Below, piece after piece: positions 20,673 to 33,337 of a DNA stretch of 64,000 bases. The position numbers and the translations under genes are program-made. This DNA is from an uncultured Hylemonella sp. (GTDB taxonomy: Bacteria; Pseudomonadota; Gammaproteobacteria; Burkholderiales; Burkholderiaceae_C): NCBI GenBank assembly GCA_963513295.1, contig CAUPQO010000001.1, positions 4,367 through 68,366 of the forward strand, read 5' to 3'. The notes below the pieces were generated by a model. It was not told the origin of the DNA and made no database searches. It worked only from the letters and a program-made list of their open reading frames with translations. Within the stretch, counting starts at the first letter, position 1, and the number at the start of each line of letters is the position of its first letter.

Positions 20673-21137
20673 ATGTACAGCGCCCCAGCGGTTTCATATC
20701 CGGTGGGGCGTTCTTCCATGCGCATGGCCGGTCTGCTCCTGCCCTGGCTGCTGGCGGGGCTGTCCTGCACAGCCTGGGTCCTGCAGTCGGATTCCCGGTC
20801 TGCCGTCCAAGACCTGGCGCTGCTGGGGTGCTTGGGCGGTTTGTGGATGGCTTACCGGCTGGCGCGGCGCCTGGACGAGGGCCAGCTGGACTGGGATGGC
20901 CAGTCCTGGGTGTGGGAAACACCGGGACAGCGTCGCATCGGCGAGGTCCGGGCCCGTCTGGACTGGCAGCAGGGCCTGCTACTGGAGTTCCTGGCGCAGG
21001 ACGGCCCGGGTGCCTGGCTCTGGCTGGAGCGCGGCAGGGCGCCCCTGCGCTGGGATGAGATGCGGCGAGCCGTTCACGCGTCTGCGGCAAGGGTGTCGAC
21101 ACCGTCAGCGGCGGCAGGGCAGGGGGCTGCATGGTGA
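20673..21137 (+). CDS. Membrane protein, YgfX/CptA-like (tentative)
   Basis: Two N-terminal TM segments, LxWDGQxW, Trp-rich C-terminus ending WDEMRRAV; overlaps rpoE start. Confidence 0.55.
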   Translation: MYSAPAVSYPVGRSSMRMAGLLLPWLLAGLSCTAWVLQSDSRSAVQDLALLGCLGGLWMAYRLARRLDEGQLDWDGQSWVWETPGQRRIGEVRARLDWQQGLLLEFLAQDGPGAWLWLERGRAPLRWDEMRRAVHASAARVSTPSAAAGQGAAW

Positions 21138-21757
21138 AGGAGGCGGCTGATACACCCGGTGACAGTGATGCCCAGCTCGTGGAGCGCACGCTGGCCGGTG
21201 ACGCCCGCGCTTTTGAGCTGCTGGTCATCAAGTACCAGCGCCGCATCCAGCGCCTGATCGCGCGCATGGTGCGCGACACCGATCTGGTGGAAGACATCGC
21301 GCAGGAGACCTTCATCCGTGCCTACCGGGCACTGCACCAGTTCCGCGGCGATGCCCAGTTCTACACCTGGCTGTACCGGATTGCCGTCAACACGGCCAAA
21401 AAAGCCCTGCTAGATCTCAAGCATGACCCCTTGATCACCGAGGCGGCACTGCGACCTGATGGTGATGACGATGAAACTTTCCAGCCCGGACGGGAACCAA
21501 TAGGAGAAGAAACGCCGGAAACCCTGCTGGCAGCGCGCGAAATCGTCACTGCCGTGCAGGCCGCCCTGGAAGCGCTGCCGGAGGACTTGCGACAGGCCGT
21601 GACACTGCGCGAGATCGAGGGCATGAGCTATGAGGACATCGCCACCATGATGAATTGTCCGATCGGCACGGTGCGCTCCCGGATTTTCCGGGCGCGTGAG
21701 GCGATATCGGCAAAGGTGCGTCCCATGCTGGAGCGCCAGACAGGCAAACGTTGGTAG
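21131..21757 (+). CDS. rpoE: ECF sigma factor RpoE (sigma-24)
   Basis: AFELLVIKYQRR, FYTWLYRIAVNTAK, CPIGTVRSRIFRAR. Confidence 0.95.
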   Translation: MVKEAADTPGDSDAQLVERTLAGDARAFELLVIKYQRRIQRLIARMVRDTDLVEDIAQETFIRAYRALHQFRGDAQFYTWLYRIAVNTAKKALLDLKHDPLITEAALRPDGDDDETFQPGREPIGEETPETLLAAREIVTAVQAALEALPEDLRQAVTLREIEGMSYEDIATMMNCPIGTVRSRIFRAREAISAKVRPMLERQTGKRW

Positions 21758-21759
21758 GA

Positions 21760-22359
21760 ATGGAAGCGATGCACGAAACCAAGACACAGCAGACGGAGCA
21801 GGCCCATGAACTGGTGTCGGCATTGGCCGATGGTGAATTGCATGGTGCCGAGTTCACGCGGGCCCTGGCGGTGCTGGCGTCCAGCCCGCAGGCTCAGGCC
21901 CATTGGCACAGCTACCACCTGGTCGGCGATGTCCTGCGGGCGGGCGCTGGCACAGTGGTCGGCGCCCATGATGCTGCGTTCGTGGCGCGCCTGCGCTTGC
22001 GACTGCAGCAGGAGGGTGCTCCTGTCCTGCCGGGCACCGGGGTTGGCCGCGTCAACGTGCAGCCCAGCGCCAACGACAGCATCTGGCGCTGGAAGCTGGT
22101 GGCCGGCTTGAGCTCTCTGGCCGTGGTCGCCGTGCTGGGCTGGCAACTGGCGGTCCCCTCGCAGCCAGCCGCGCAGATGGCGGCTTCCGGGCCGCCGTCC
22201 GTACCGGTGGCGCAAGCCGGTGCTGAAGCGCCCGTCATGATCCGTGATCCCCGGCTGGACCAGTTGATCGCCGCTCACCAGCAACTGGGTGGGACATCGG
22301 CCTTGCAGATGCCGGCGGGTTTCCTGCGCAATGCAACCTTCGAGCGCCCGGCGCGTTGA
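21760..22359 (+). CDS. rseA: Anti-sigma-E factor RseA/MucA
   Basis: SALADGEL..W.SYHLVGDVLR, single TM; start approximate. Confidence 0.88.
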   Translation: MEAMHETKTQQTEQAHELVSALADGELHGAEFTRALAVLASSPQAQAHWHSYHLVGDVLRAGAGTVVGAHDAAFVARLRLRLQQEGAPVLPGTGVGRVNVQPSANDSIWRWKLVAGLSSLAVVAVLGWQLAVPSQPAAQMAASGPPSVPVAQAGAEAPVMIRDPRLDQLIAAHQQLGGTSALQMPAGFLRNATFERPAR

Positions 22360-22366
22360 AGCCGGC

Positions 22367-23404
22367 ATGGACATGGTGTCTCCTCTGTCGCTCCTCAACT
22401 GGCTGCGCCTGATCGTCCTGGTGGCGCTGCTGCCGGGCCTGCTGCCCGTGGCCGGCGCCGATCAGCCGGCGGCCCCCGCAGCCTCGCCGGCAGCGCGTGA
22501 GCGCAGCATTTCCGAGTGGCTGCTGCGCATGCACGAGGCCTCGCGCCGCCGGGCCTATATCGGCACCCTGGTGGTGTCTTCGGGGGGCAGCATGGCCAGC
22601 GCCAAGGTCTGGCACGTCTGCGATGGACAGCAGCAGATGGAGCGCGTCGAGTCGCTGACCGGCACGCCGCGCTCGACCTTCCGGCGCAATGACGAAGTGG
22701 TCACCTTCTCGCCGCAAAGCCGTGTGGCCGTGGCGGAAAAGCGCGAGGCCCTGGGCCTGTTTCCGCACCTGCTCAAGTCGGTGGACGCGGCGATCGAGCA
22801 GCACTACAGCGCTAGTGTGCAGGGCAGTGAACGCGTGGCCGGGTTCGAAGCCGACATCGTGCAACTCGCGCCCAGGGATGGCCTGCGTTTCGGCTACCGC
22901 ATCTGGAGCGAAAAGCGCACCGGCCTGGTGGTCAAGCTGCAGACCCTGGATGCCCAGCAACAGGTGCTGGAGCAGGTGGCGTTTTCCGAGTTGCAACTGG
23001 ACGCGCCCGTCAGCATGGACAAGCTCAGCCGCATGATGGGCAATACCGAAGGCTACAAGGTCGAGACCCCTGCGCTGGTCAAGACCACGGCCGCCGCCGA
23101 AGGGTGGCGGCTGGCCCAGGAGGTGCCGGGTTTCAGGGCCATGAGTTGCTACCGCCGACCTTCGGCTTCGGGTATGGGCGCCGTGCAGTGGGTTTTTTCC
23201 GATGGCCTGGCCTCGGTCTCGGTGTTCATCGAAAGTTATGACCCCCGCCGTCATGGCCAGGAGGGCCAGCAGGCACTGGGGGCGACCCATGCACTGGTGC
23301 GCCGCCTCACGTCGGGCAGCTCGTCCTGGTGGCTCACCTTTGTGGGCGAGGTCCCGGCCCAGACTTTGCAGATGTTTGCCCAGGGGCTGGAGCGCGCGCC
23401 ATGA
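22367..23404 (+). CDS. rseB: Periplasmic regulator RseB/MucB
   Basis: Signal peptide, SDGLASVSVFIE, VGEVP; position in the rpoE operon. Confidence 0.88.
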   Translation: MDMVSPLSLLNWLRLIVLVALLPGLLPVAGADQPAAPAASPAARERSISEWLLRMHEASRRRAYIGTLVVSSGGSMASAKVWHVCDGQQQMERVESLTGTPRSTFRRNDEVVTFSPQSRVAVAEKREALGLFPHLLKSVDAAIEQHYSASVQGSERVAGFEADIVQLAPRDGLRFGYRIWSEKRTGLVVKLQTLDAQQQVLEQVAFSELQLDAPVSMDKLSRMMGNTEGYKVETPALVKTTAAAEGWRLAQEVPGFRAMSCYRRPSASGMGAVQWVFSDGLASVSVFIESYDPRRHGQEGQQALGATHALVRRLTSGSSSWWLTFVGEVPAQTLQMFAQGLERAP

Positions 23405-23461
23405 GCCCGCGCCTTCATGGGTATCTTTTTTCTCTAATTGTTTGATCACATGAGGTTCAAC

Positions 23462-24934
23462 ATGTCTGCGATGGTTGTGTCGTTTTTCCTCCGATTCAAG
23501 CGCAAGGTCCACCCGCTGGGGGCGGTGTTGCTGCTGGTGCTGGCCCCGCTGTTCCTGAGCAGCCCGGCGACGGCCCAGGTGCGTGGTTTGCCGGATTTCA
23601 CCGAACTGGTTGATCAGGTCGGGCCGTCGGTGGTGAACATCAGGACCCTGGAGAAGGTCAGCGCCCGCTCGGCGGAAGACGGCAGCGGCATGGACGAGGA
23701 AATGCTGGAGTTCTTCCGCCGTTTCGGCCTGCCGGTGCCGCCCAATCTGCCGCGCCAGCCGCCGCGTTCAGGGCGCCCGCAGCCGGAGGAGCAGCCGCGG
23801 GGTGTGGGTTCGGGTTTCATCCTCTCGGCCGACGGTTACATCATGACCAATGCGCACGTGGTCGATGGCGCAGACGAGATGCTCGTGACCCTGACCGACA
23901 AGCGTGAATTCAAGGCCCGCCTCGTGGGGGCCGACAAGCGTACCGACGTGGCGGTCGTGAAGATCGAGGCCACGGGCCTGCCGGCCGTGAAGGTCGGTGA
24001 CGTGAACCGCCTCAAGGTCGGCGAATGGGTGATGGCGATCGGCTCACCCTTTGGCCTGGAGAACACCGTGACGGCCGGCATCGTCAGTGCCAAGCAGCGC
24101 GATACGGGTGATTACCTGCCCCTGATCCAGACCGACGTGGCCATCAACCCCGGCAATTCCGGCGGACCGCTGATCAACCTGCGCGGTGAGGTGGTGGGCA
24201 TCAACAGCCAGATCTATTCGCGCTCGGGCGGCTACATGGGCATTGCCTTCGCCATCCCGATCGACGAGGCCATCCGGGTGAGCGAACAGCTGCGCACCAG
24301 CGGGCGCGTGACGCGTGGTCGTATCGGCGTGCAGATCGACCAGGTGACCAAGGAGGTGGCCGAGGCCATCGGCCTGGGCAAGCCCCAGGGCGCGCTGGTG
24401 CGCGGGGTGGAGACCGGTTCGCCGGCCGAGAAGGCCGGGGTGGAAGCGGGCGACATCATCACCCGGGTCGATGGCAAGGCGATCGAGAAATCGACCGACC
24501 TGCCGCGTGTGGTGGGCAGCCTCAAGCCGGGCTCGCGCAGCACGCTGTCGGTGTTCCGCCGCGGCGCCAGCCGTGACCTCACGGTGACCATCGGCGAGTT
24601 CGAGGCCGAGAAACCGGTGGCTCGCAAGGAGCGCGAGGACAAGCCGCGTTCGGGCGCCGCACCGACGCTGGGCCTGACGGTGACCGATCTCACCGAGGCG
24701 CAGAAACAGGAGCTCAAGCTCAAGGGCGGGGTACGGGTGGAGTCGGCGGTCGAGGCCGCCGCCCGGGCCGGCCTGCGCGAAGGGGACGTGATCCTGGCGC
24801 TGGCGAATGTCGAGGTGGCCAGCGTGCGCGAATTCGAGGCCTTGCTGGGCAAGCTCGAAAAGGGTAAACCGGTGCATGTTCTGTTCCGCCGGGGTGAGTG
24901 GGCCCAGTACGCGGTGATCCGGCCCTTACGTTGA
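23462..24934 (+). CDS. DegP/MucD-family serine protease with two PDZ domains
   Basis: GSGF, TNAHV, TDVAINPGNSGGPL; start approximate. Confidence 0.92.
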   Translation: MSAMVVSFFLRFKRKVHPLGAVLLLVLAPLFLSSPATAQVRGLPDFTELVDQVGPSVVNIRTLEKVSARSAEDGSGMDEEMLEFFRRFGLPVPPNLPRQPPRSGRPQPEEQPRGVGSGFILSADGYIMTNAHVVDGADEMLVTLTDKREFKARLVGADKRTDVAVVKIEATGLPAVKVGDVNRLKVGEWVMAIGSPFGLENTVTAGIVSAKQRDTGDYLPLIQTDVAINPGNSGGPLINLRGEVVGINSQIYSRSGGYMGIAFAIPIDEAIRVSEQLRTSGRVTRGRIGVQIDQVTKEVAEAIGLGKPQGALVRGVETGSPAEKAGVEAGDIITRVDGKAIEKSTDLPRVVGSLKPGSRSTLSVFRRGASRDLTVTIGEFEAEKPVARKEREDKPRSGAAPTLGLTVTDLTEAQKQELKLKGGVRVESAVEAAARAGLREGDVILALANVEVASVREFEALLGKLEKGKPVHVLFRRGEWAQYAVIRPLR

Positions 24935-24947
24935 GGGGGATGCCGAT

Positions 24948-24978
24948 ACCCCCAACCTGAGTCGGGTTGGGGGTTTTT
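24948..24978 (+). terminator. Rho-independent terminator
   Basis: ACCCCCAACC...GGTTGGGGGT plus TTTT. Confidence 0.8.
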
Positions 24979-25153
24979 GTCGTGCAAACCGCCCGTCGAA
25001 AAATATTAATTTTCAGAGCGGACGTTTGAATGATAAGTTTGCATTCACTGACTTGTTGTCAGGACTCGACAATTTGGTTAGAATGCAGCTGGTTCAGACA
25101 GGCATTAGGTGCATATAGCCCTGTCCTGAATCCACCATGCGGGATCCTGTGAC

Positions 25154-25233
25154 TTTCATACAGAAACATCCACAGATCACCCACAACTTGTTCAAGACTG
25201 GCGCGCAAGAATCTGTTGATAAACTGTTGATAA
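25154..25233. promoter_or_regulatory. Cluster of DnaA-box-like 9-mers
   Basis: ACATCCACA (25166), TCACCCACA (25177), TGTTGATAA twice (25214, 25225; reverse complement TTATCAACA), weak TTTCATACA (25154). Confidence 0.55.
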
Positions 25234-25423
25234 AATCATGTTGTGACGTCGCAACGACGGAAATATGCGATTTTTCGGGCTGTACGGAGGTGCCTTTTTG
25301 CCTACAATGAAGCTCCAACTATCGCAGTTGCCATAGATTGTTGGTTCAGGGCGCATCACAACCCGACGCGCCCTTTTTCTTGCCCGCGTCTTTTTAAATT
25401 CAACCACTTAAGCGTTCTCGTTG

Positions 25424-27231
<1,808 letters not shown>

Positions 27232-27232
<1 letters not shown>

Positions 27233-28206
27233 TGCAGATCCTCACCTCCATGGTGCTGGCGGCCTTCGCCGGTTATATAGGGGCCTGGTATTTCGGGTCG
27301 ATCGAAGGCAATTTCGCCCTGCTGCTTTTCCTGGCTTCGGTGGTGACCGGCCTGTACTGGCTGGCCGAGCGCTTCTATTTCCTGCCGCAGCGCCAGGCCG
27401 CAGCGGTCAGGCTGGAGGCCGAGGCGCAGGAGCGCCGGATGGCCAACGAGAAGCTCGGCATCAAGAGCGACGAGGGCGGCGAACTGGTGCAGGCCCGCGA
27501 ACGCCTGCTGATGCAGCCCTGGTGGCTGGACTGGACGGCTGGCCTGTTCCCGGTGATCGTGGTGGTCTTCCTGCTGCGCTCCTTCCTGTTCGAGCCCTTC
27601 AAGATTCCTTCCGGTTCCATGATCCCCACCCTGCTGGTGGGCGACCTGATCCTGGTCAACAAGTACCATTACGGCATCCGCCTGCCGGTGCTCAACACCA
27701 GGCTGACAGAGGGCAACAAGCCCGAGCGTGGCGATGTCATGGTGTTCCGCTACCCGCCCCGGCCCAGCCAGGACTACATCAAACGTGTCATCGGCGTGCC
27801 GGGTGACGAGGTGGCCTACCTGAACAAGCGGCTGACAATCAACGGCCAGCCGGTGGCGACCAGCGAGATGCCCGAGTTTTTCGATGAGGACGCCATGCGC
27901 TATTTCAAGCAGTATGGGGAAGCCCTGGGGGCCAAGCCGCACCGCATGATTGTCGACGCCGAACGCCGTGGGGGGTTTTCCGAGGATGAGATCGGCGACT
28001 TTCCTGCCCGGAAAAACTGCCGTTACAGCGTCGAAGGGGTGGTCTGCAAGGTGCCCGAAGGACACTATTTCATGATGGGCGACAATCGCGATAATTCGCT
28101 GGATTCGCGCTACTGGGGCTTCGTGCCGGACCAGAACATCGTGGGCAAGGCCTTTTTTGTCTGGATGAACTTCGGCAATCTCAAGCGCATTGGTGCGTTC
28201 AACTGA
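27232..28206 (+). CDS. lepB: Signal peptidase I
   Basis: EPFKIPSGSMIPTL, YIKRVIG, MGDNRDNSLDSR. Confidence 0.96.
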
Positions 28207-28234
28207 TATAGATGATGGATAGACGGGGGAAACT

Positions 28235-28591
28235 ATGGCAAGGCAACTGAAATCGGCACAGCGTGGCATCACCTTTATCGGCCTGCTTTTTATCGGTGGC
28301 ATCCTGGCGGTCAGCGGGGTCATCCTGGCACAGATCGTCCCGACGGCGATCGAGTTGCAGGCCATCCACAAGGCGGCCAAGAAGGCAGCGGCTGAGGGCG
28401 GGACTGTCGCGGATGTGCGGGCAGTTTTTGACAGGGCCGCAGTAATCGATGACATCAAGTCCATCAGCGGCAAGGACTTGACCGTGACCAAGAACGGGGA
28501 CAAGGTGGTGGTCAGCTTCGCTTATGAGCGTGAGATCCATCTGACCGGTCCGGCCTGGTTGACGCTCAAGTACGAAGGGCAGACCAAATAG
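28235..28591 (+). CDS. DUF4845-family protein with pilin-like N-terminus
   Basis: QRGITFIGLL N-terminus; conserved lepB-X-rnc position. Confidence 0.8.
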   Translation: MARQLKSAQRGITFIGLLFIGGILAVSGVILAQIVPTAIELQAIHKAAKKAAAEGGTVADVRAVFDRAAVIDDIKSISGKDLTVTKNGDKVVVSFAYEREIHLTGPAWLTLKYEGQTK

Positions 28592-28592
28592 C

Positions 28593-29279
28593 GTGGCTGA
28601 TGGACTGACCGCGTTGCAGGATCGGCTGCAGCATCTTTTTGCCGATCAGACCCTGCTGGTGCGTGCCGTCACGCACCGCAGTTTCGCGGCGGATCACAAC
28701 GAGCGCCTGGAATTTCTGGGGGACTCCGTCCTCAATCTGGCAGTGGCCGACCTGCTCTACCAGCGGCTCAGCACCCTGCCGGAAGGTGATCTGTCGCGCA
28801 TCCGTGCCAATCTGGTGAAGCAGGACACCCTGCACTTGCTGGCCGTCAACCTGGGCCTGCCCGAGGTGGTCCGGCTGGGCGAAGGCGAGGTGCGCTCCGG
28901 CGGCAGTCGCCGACCCTCCATCCTGGCCGATGCACTGGAGGCCCTGATCGGCGCAGTTTATCTGGATGCCGGATATGCTGCGGCACAAGGGCTGGTGCAC
29001 CGCCTCTTTAAGGAAGTGGAAATCAATCCGCAGATGCAGGCCAGCGCCAAGGACCCCAAGACCGAGTTGCAGGAATGGCTGCAGGCGCGCAAGCTCAAAC
29101 TGCCCTTGTACCGGGTCATCGGCACCCTGGGGGCGGCCCACCGGCAGACCTTTGATGTCGAATGTGAAGTGAACGAACTGAATCTGAACGAACGGGGCAT
29201 CGGCAGTTCGCGGCGGGCTGGTGAACAGGCGGCCGCAGCCGCCATGCTGCAATCCCTCAAGACGCGGGACCCAGGCTGA
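28593..29279 (+). CDS. rnc: Ribonuclease III
   Basis: [13 protein letters not shown], ds[12 protein letters not shown]. Confidence 0.96.
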   Translation: MADGLTALQDRLQHLFADQTLLVRAVTHRSFAADHNERLEFLGDSVLNLAVADLLYQRLSTLPEGDLSRIRANLVKQDTLHLLAVNLGLPEVVRLGEGEVRSGGSRRPSILADALEALIGAVYLDAGYAAAQGLVHRLFKEVEINPQMQASAKDPKTELQEWLQARKLKLPLYRVIGTLGAAHRQTFDVECEVNELNLNERGIGSSRRAGEQAAAAAMLQSLKTRDPG

Positions 29280-29284
29280 GCATT

Positions 29285-30220
29285 ATGGAAACTTCCTCCC
29301 CCTCATTGCCCGCCGATGTGCCGCGCCGTTGCGGCCTGGTGGCCATCGTCGGCAAGCCCAACGTTGGCAAGTCCACCCTGCTCAATGCCCTGGTGGGGCA
29401 GAAGATCAGCATCACCTCGCGCAAGGCTCAGACGACGCGCCACCGCATCACCGGCATGCGAACCCTGGGCGCGACTCAGTTCGTGTTTGTGGATACGCCG
29501 GGCTTCCAGACCGTGCACGGAAATGCGCTCAACAAATCGCTGAACAAGACGGTGGTGGGCGCGGTGTCCGACGTGGACCTGATCTTGCTGGTTGTGGAGG
29601 CCGGCAGCTTCACCCCCGCAGATGCGCGTGTGCTGGCCCTCTTGGGGCAGGGCATTCCTACCCTGCTGGTGGCGAACAAGCTCGACAACGTGCACCGCCG
29701 CGGTGACATCGCCCCCTGGTTGCAGGTAATGCAGGCCAAGCACGCCTTTGCCGAGTTCGTGCCCATGTCGGCCAAGAACGCCAAGGACATCGAGCGCCTG
29801 CTGGGTATTTGCGAAAAATATCTTCCCGAGCAGGACTGGTGGTACGCCGAAGACGAGCTGACCGATCGCAGCGAAAAATTCCTCGCCAGCGAGCTGGTAC
29901 GCGAAAAACTCTTCCGCCTGACCGGCGACGAATTGCCCTATACGTCGACCGTGGTGATCGATAAGTTTGAAGAGGAAGCGCCGCAGAAGAAAGGCCAGAA
30001 GCGCCTGGTGCGCATTGCGGCCACCATCGTGGTGGAACGCGAGGGGCACAAGGCCATGGTGATCGGTGACAAGGGTGAGCGCATCAAGCGCATCGGCACC
30101 GAGACCCGGGTCGAGCTGGAGAAGCTCATGGATGCCAAGGTCTTCATCGAACTCTGGGTCAAGGTGCGTTCGGGTTGGGCCGACGACGAGGCGCGGGTGC
30201 GCAGTTTCGGCTACGAGTGA
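29285..30220 (+). CDS. era: GTPase Era
   Basis: [20 protein letters not shown] domain VIGDKG. Confidence 0.97.
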   Translation: METSSPSLPADVPRRCGLVAIVGKPNVGKSTLLNALVGQKISITSRKAQTTRHRITGMRTLGATQFVFVDTPGFQTVHGNALNKSLNKTVVGAVSDVDLILLVVEAGSFTPADARVLALLGQGIPTLLVANKLDNVHRRGDIAPWLQVMQAKHAFAEFVPMSAKNAKDIERLLGICEKYLPEQDWWYAEDELTDRSEKFLASELVREKLFRLTGDELPYTSTVVIDKFEEEAPQKKGQKRLVRIAATIVVEREGHKAMVIGDKGERIKRIGTETRVELEKLMDAKVFIELWVKVRSGWADDEARVRSFGYE

Positions 30221-30244
30221 ACGGTCGCCAGGCCGGTCCGTGCG

Positions 30245-30994
30245 ATGGCGAGCAAACGCATTTCCGATGAGCCGGCCTATGTGCTGCACCGCTACGACTG
30301 GAGCGAGACCAGCCTGATCTTGGAGGTGTTCACCCGCCATCACGGACGCATCGCCCTGGTCGCCAAGGGCGCCAAACGGCCCAGTTCCAGCTTCCGTCCT
30401 GTGCTGCTGCCCTTGCAACCGTTGCAGCTGAGTTATGGCGGCGATGCCGAGATTCGCACGCTCAAGGGTGCCGAATGGATGGGTGGGCATGTCATGCCCA
30501 CGGGTGAGTCCCTGTTGTCGGGTTATTACCTCAACGAACTGCTGCTGCAACTGCTGGCGCGGGACGATCCGCATCCCGCCTTGTTCGATGTCTACGCCAA
30601 TGTGGTGCGGGTGCTGGCCTCTGAGCATGACGAAGTGCTGCAGGCCGCCCTGCGCACCTTCGAGCTGCTGCTGCTGCGCGAGATCGGCCTGCTGCCGCGG
30701 CTGGACCACCAGACGCTGACGCTGGCGCCGCTTGCGGCCGACACCTTCTATACCCTGGTGCCGGAGGGCGGGCTGCGCGCCCGCAGCGAGGTCGATCGCG
30801 GCGGCTTGAGCGGTGCGCAGTGGCTGGTTTTGCAGCGCACGCTGGAAACCGCCGCCCCTTTTACCGACACCTTGCGCGCCTGTGCGGCGGTGATGAACGA
30901 GCTCAAGCCACAGCTGCGCGCACTGCTCCAGTACCATTGCGGGGGCGGCACGCTGCGTACCCGGCAGATGATGGTCGATCTCCAATCGTTATGA
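30245..30994 (+). CDS. recO: DNA repair protein RecO
   Basis: [23 protein letters not shown]; synteny. Confidence 0.93.
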   Translation: MASKRISDEPAYVLHRYDWSETSLILEVFTRHHGRIALVAKGAKRPSSSFRPVLLPLQPLQLSYGGDAEIRTLKGAEWMGGHVMPTGESLLSGYYLNELLLQLLARDDPHPALFDVYANVVRVLASEHDEVLQAALRTFELLLLREIGLLPRLDHQTLTLAPLAADTFYTLVPEGGLRARSEVDRGGLSGAQWLVLQRTLETAAPFTDTLRACAAVMNELKPQLRALLQYHCGGGTLRTRQMMVDLQSL

Positions 30995-31740
30995 AACAAA
31001 CAACCGCGCTTTCCGTCAACGTCAACAAGGTCGCCCTGGTGCGCAATACGCGTCATCTGGGCATCCCCAGTGTCACGCGCGCAGCCGTCTTGTGCCTGCA
31101 GGCCGGTGCCCATGGCATCACGGTGCATCCGCGTCCCGATGAACGCCACATCCGCGCCCAGGATGTGTTCGATATCGCCGCCCTGATGCAGGACTGGCCG
31201 GACCGCGAATTCAATATCGAGGGCAACCCTTTTCACAACCTGATGGACTTCATACGCCAGGTCCGCCCGCAGCAGGCCACCTTCGTGCCCGATGCCGAGG
31301 GGCAATTCACGAGCGACCACGGCTGGACTTTCCCGCAGGATGCCGAGCGGCTGCGCCCGCTGATCGCCGAATGCCATGCTCTGGGTGTGCGCGTCAGCCT
31401 GTTCATGGACCCGAACCCTGAGCAGATGGCTGCGGCCAAGGCGGTGGGCGCTGATCGTGTGGAGCTTTATACCGAGCCCTATGCAGCGTCCTGGGGCAAG
31501 GCCGACCAGCTGGCCCAGTTGCAGCGTTACGCGGCAGCAGCCCGGGCGGCGCTGGACGCCGGTCTGGGCGTGAATGCCGGCCATGACCTGAACCGCGACA
31601 ACCTCACCGAATTCCTGCGCCAGGTGCCCGGCGTGGCCGAGGTGTCGATCGGACATGCCTTGATGGCCGATGCGCTGGAGCTGGGCTACGGCGCCACGGT
31701 CAGGGACTACCTGCGCTGTATCAGCGACGCTGCCAGATGA
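30991..31740 (+). CDS. pdxJ: Pyridoxine 5'-phosphate synthase
   Basis: [38 protein letters not shown]. Confidence 0.95.
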   Translation: MKQTTALSVNVNKVALVRNTRHLGIPSVTRAAVLCLQAGAHGITVHPRPDERHIRAQDVFDIAALMQDWPDREFNIEGNPFHNLMDFIRQVRPQQATFVPDAEGQFTSDHGWTFPQDAERLRPLIAECHALGVRVSLFMDPNPEQMAAAKAVGADRVELYTEPYAASWGKADQLAQLQRYAAAARAALDAGLGVNAGHDLNRDNLTEFLRQVPGVAEVSIGHALMADALELGYGATVRDYLRCISDAAR

Positions 31741-32159
31741 TCTACGGCATCGGCACCGACATCTGTGACGTGCGCCGCATTCGTCTGAGTGTCGAGCGCC
31801 ATGGTGAGCGCTTTGCCCAGCGCGTGCTCAGTGACGCCGAGTTCGCCACCTGGAAGGCGCGCAGTGTGCGCTGGCCCGAGCGCGGCCTGCGTTACCTGGC
31901 CACCCGTTTTTCCGCCAAGGAGGCGTTCTCCAAGGCGATCGGCCTGGGCATGCGTTTGCCCATGAGCTGGCGTTTGTGCGAGGTGGGCAAGCTGCCCAGT
32001 GGCAAGCCCTTCATCGTGCTCCATGGCGAGCTCAAGACCTGGTTCGAAGCCCAGGGGTTGAGTGCCCACGTGAGCGTGACCGATGAGACGGATTACGCGG
32101 CCAGTTTTGTCGTGGTCGAGAAAAATTCGGCCACATCTGGTGAATCGCCCAACCCTTGA
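31737..32159 (+). CDS. acpS: Holo-ACP synthase
   Basis: [21 protein letters not shown]. Confidence 0.95.
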   Translation: MIYGIGTDICDVRRIRLSVERHGERFAQRVLSDAEFATWKARSVRWPERGLRYLATRFSAKEAFSKAIGLGMRLPMSWRLCEVGKLPSGKPFIVLHGELKTWFEAQGLSAHVSVTDETDYAASFVVVEKNSATSGESPNP

Positions 32160-32178
32160 TCTCCTGCGAAAGACCCGT

Positions 32179-33237
32179 ATGAGCCAGCACGCACCCCTGA
32201 TCATCGACATCGCCAGCACCACCCTGAATGCGGACGATCGCCGCCGCCTGGCACATCCGCTGGTGGGCGGCATCATCCTGTTTGGCCGCAACTGGCAGGA
32301 CCGCGTCCAGCTCTCTGCCCTGTGTGCCGACATCAAACGCATCCGGCCCGACCTGCTGATCTGCGTCGACCATGAAGGCGGGCGCGTGCAGCGCTTCAAG
32401 ACCGGGGGCTTTACCCATCTGCCACCCATGCGCGCCCTGGGGGAACTGTGGTTACGCGATCAGCTGGGTGCCACCAACGCGGCCACCGCCAGCGGCCTGG
32501 TGCTGGCCAGCGAGCTGCGCGCCTGCGGCGTGGACTTCAGCTTCACGCCGGTGCTGGACCTGGACTATGGTGAGAGTGGTGTCATCGGCGACCGTGCTTT
32601 CGGCCGCGACCCGCGCGTCGTCACCCTGCTGGCCAAGAGCCTGATGCACGGCCTGCGCCTGGCTGGCATGGCCAGCTGTGGCAAGCACTTTCCCGGCCAT
32701 GGTTTCGTGAAGGCCGATTCGCACACCGACATCCCGGTGGATAAGCGCAGCCTCAAGGCCATCCTGGCCGACGATGCCGCGCCTTATGGCTGGCTCAGTA
32801 CTTCACTGGACAGCGTGATGCCCGCCCACGTGATCTACCCCAAGGTCGATGCGCGGCCGGCGGGCTTCTCCGAAAAGTGGCTGGGTGAGATCCTGCGCGG
32901 TCGTTTGCGTTTCCAGGGCGCCGTCTTCAGCGACGACCTCAGCATGGCCGGCGCACGCATGATTGACGGGCGCCAGGTCAGCTACACCGAGGCTGCCGTG
33001 ACCGCGCTGAACGCCGGCTGCGACATGGTGCTGCTGTGCAACCAGTCGCTCGATGGCGGGCAGGCGGTCGATGAGTTGATCGCCGGCATGACCGAGGCGC
33101 AGGTCAGGGGCCGGTGGCAGCCGGACGAGACGGGTGAATCCCGGCGCCTGGCCCTGCTGCCGCAGACGCCGGCACCGGACTGGGATGAACTCATGATCAG
33201 CCCGGCTTACATGCACGCTCTGGATCTGCTTCCCTGA
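32179..33237 (+). CDS. nagZ: Beta-N-acetylhexosaminidase
   Basis: VDHEGGRVQR, KHFPGHG..ADSH, SDDLSM. Confidence 0.95.
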   Translation: MSQHAPLIIDIASTTLNADDRRRLAHPLVGGIILFGRNWQDRVQLSALCADIKRIRPDLLICVDHEGGRVQRFKTGGFTHLPPMRALGELWLRDQLGATNAATASGLVLASELRACGVDFSFTPVLDLDYGESGVIGDRAFGRDPRVVTLLAKSLMHGLRLAGMASCGKHFPGHGFVKADSHTDIPVDKRSLKAILADDAAPYGWLSTSLDSVMPAHVIYPKVDARPAGFSEKWLGEILRGRLRFQGAVFSDDLSMAGARMIDGRQVSYTEAAVTALNAGCDMVLLCNQSLDGGQAVDELIAGMTEAQVRGRWQPDETGESRRLALLPQTPAPDWDELMISPAYMHALDLLP

Positions 33238-33250
33238 AGTCTGGCCTCGA

Positions 33251-33283
33251 GTGTCATGAAAGCGTAACGCGACGGTCATAAAC
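33251..33283 (+). promoter_or_regulatory. Pho-box-like triple direct repeat upstream of the chemoreceptor
   Basis: GTGTCAT-GAAA-GCGTAAC-GCGA-CGGTCAT-AAAC, 11-bp period. Confidence 0.55.
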
Positions 33284-33337
33284 TTTCTTCGTCACACATG
33301 AAGGCCACGCCTGTGGTCAGGTGGATCGAGGAGAGTT

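Noticed and set aside
21131-24934. No rseC in the rpoE operon
   Set aside because: The rpoE-rseA-rseB-degP arrangement is common in betaproteobacteria
25154-25233. Possible oriC
   Set aside because: No dnaA, dnaN, gidA or parAB context, no perfect TTATCCACA and no clear unwinding repeats; kept only as a non-origin DnaA-box cluster
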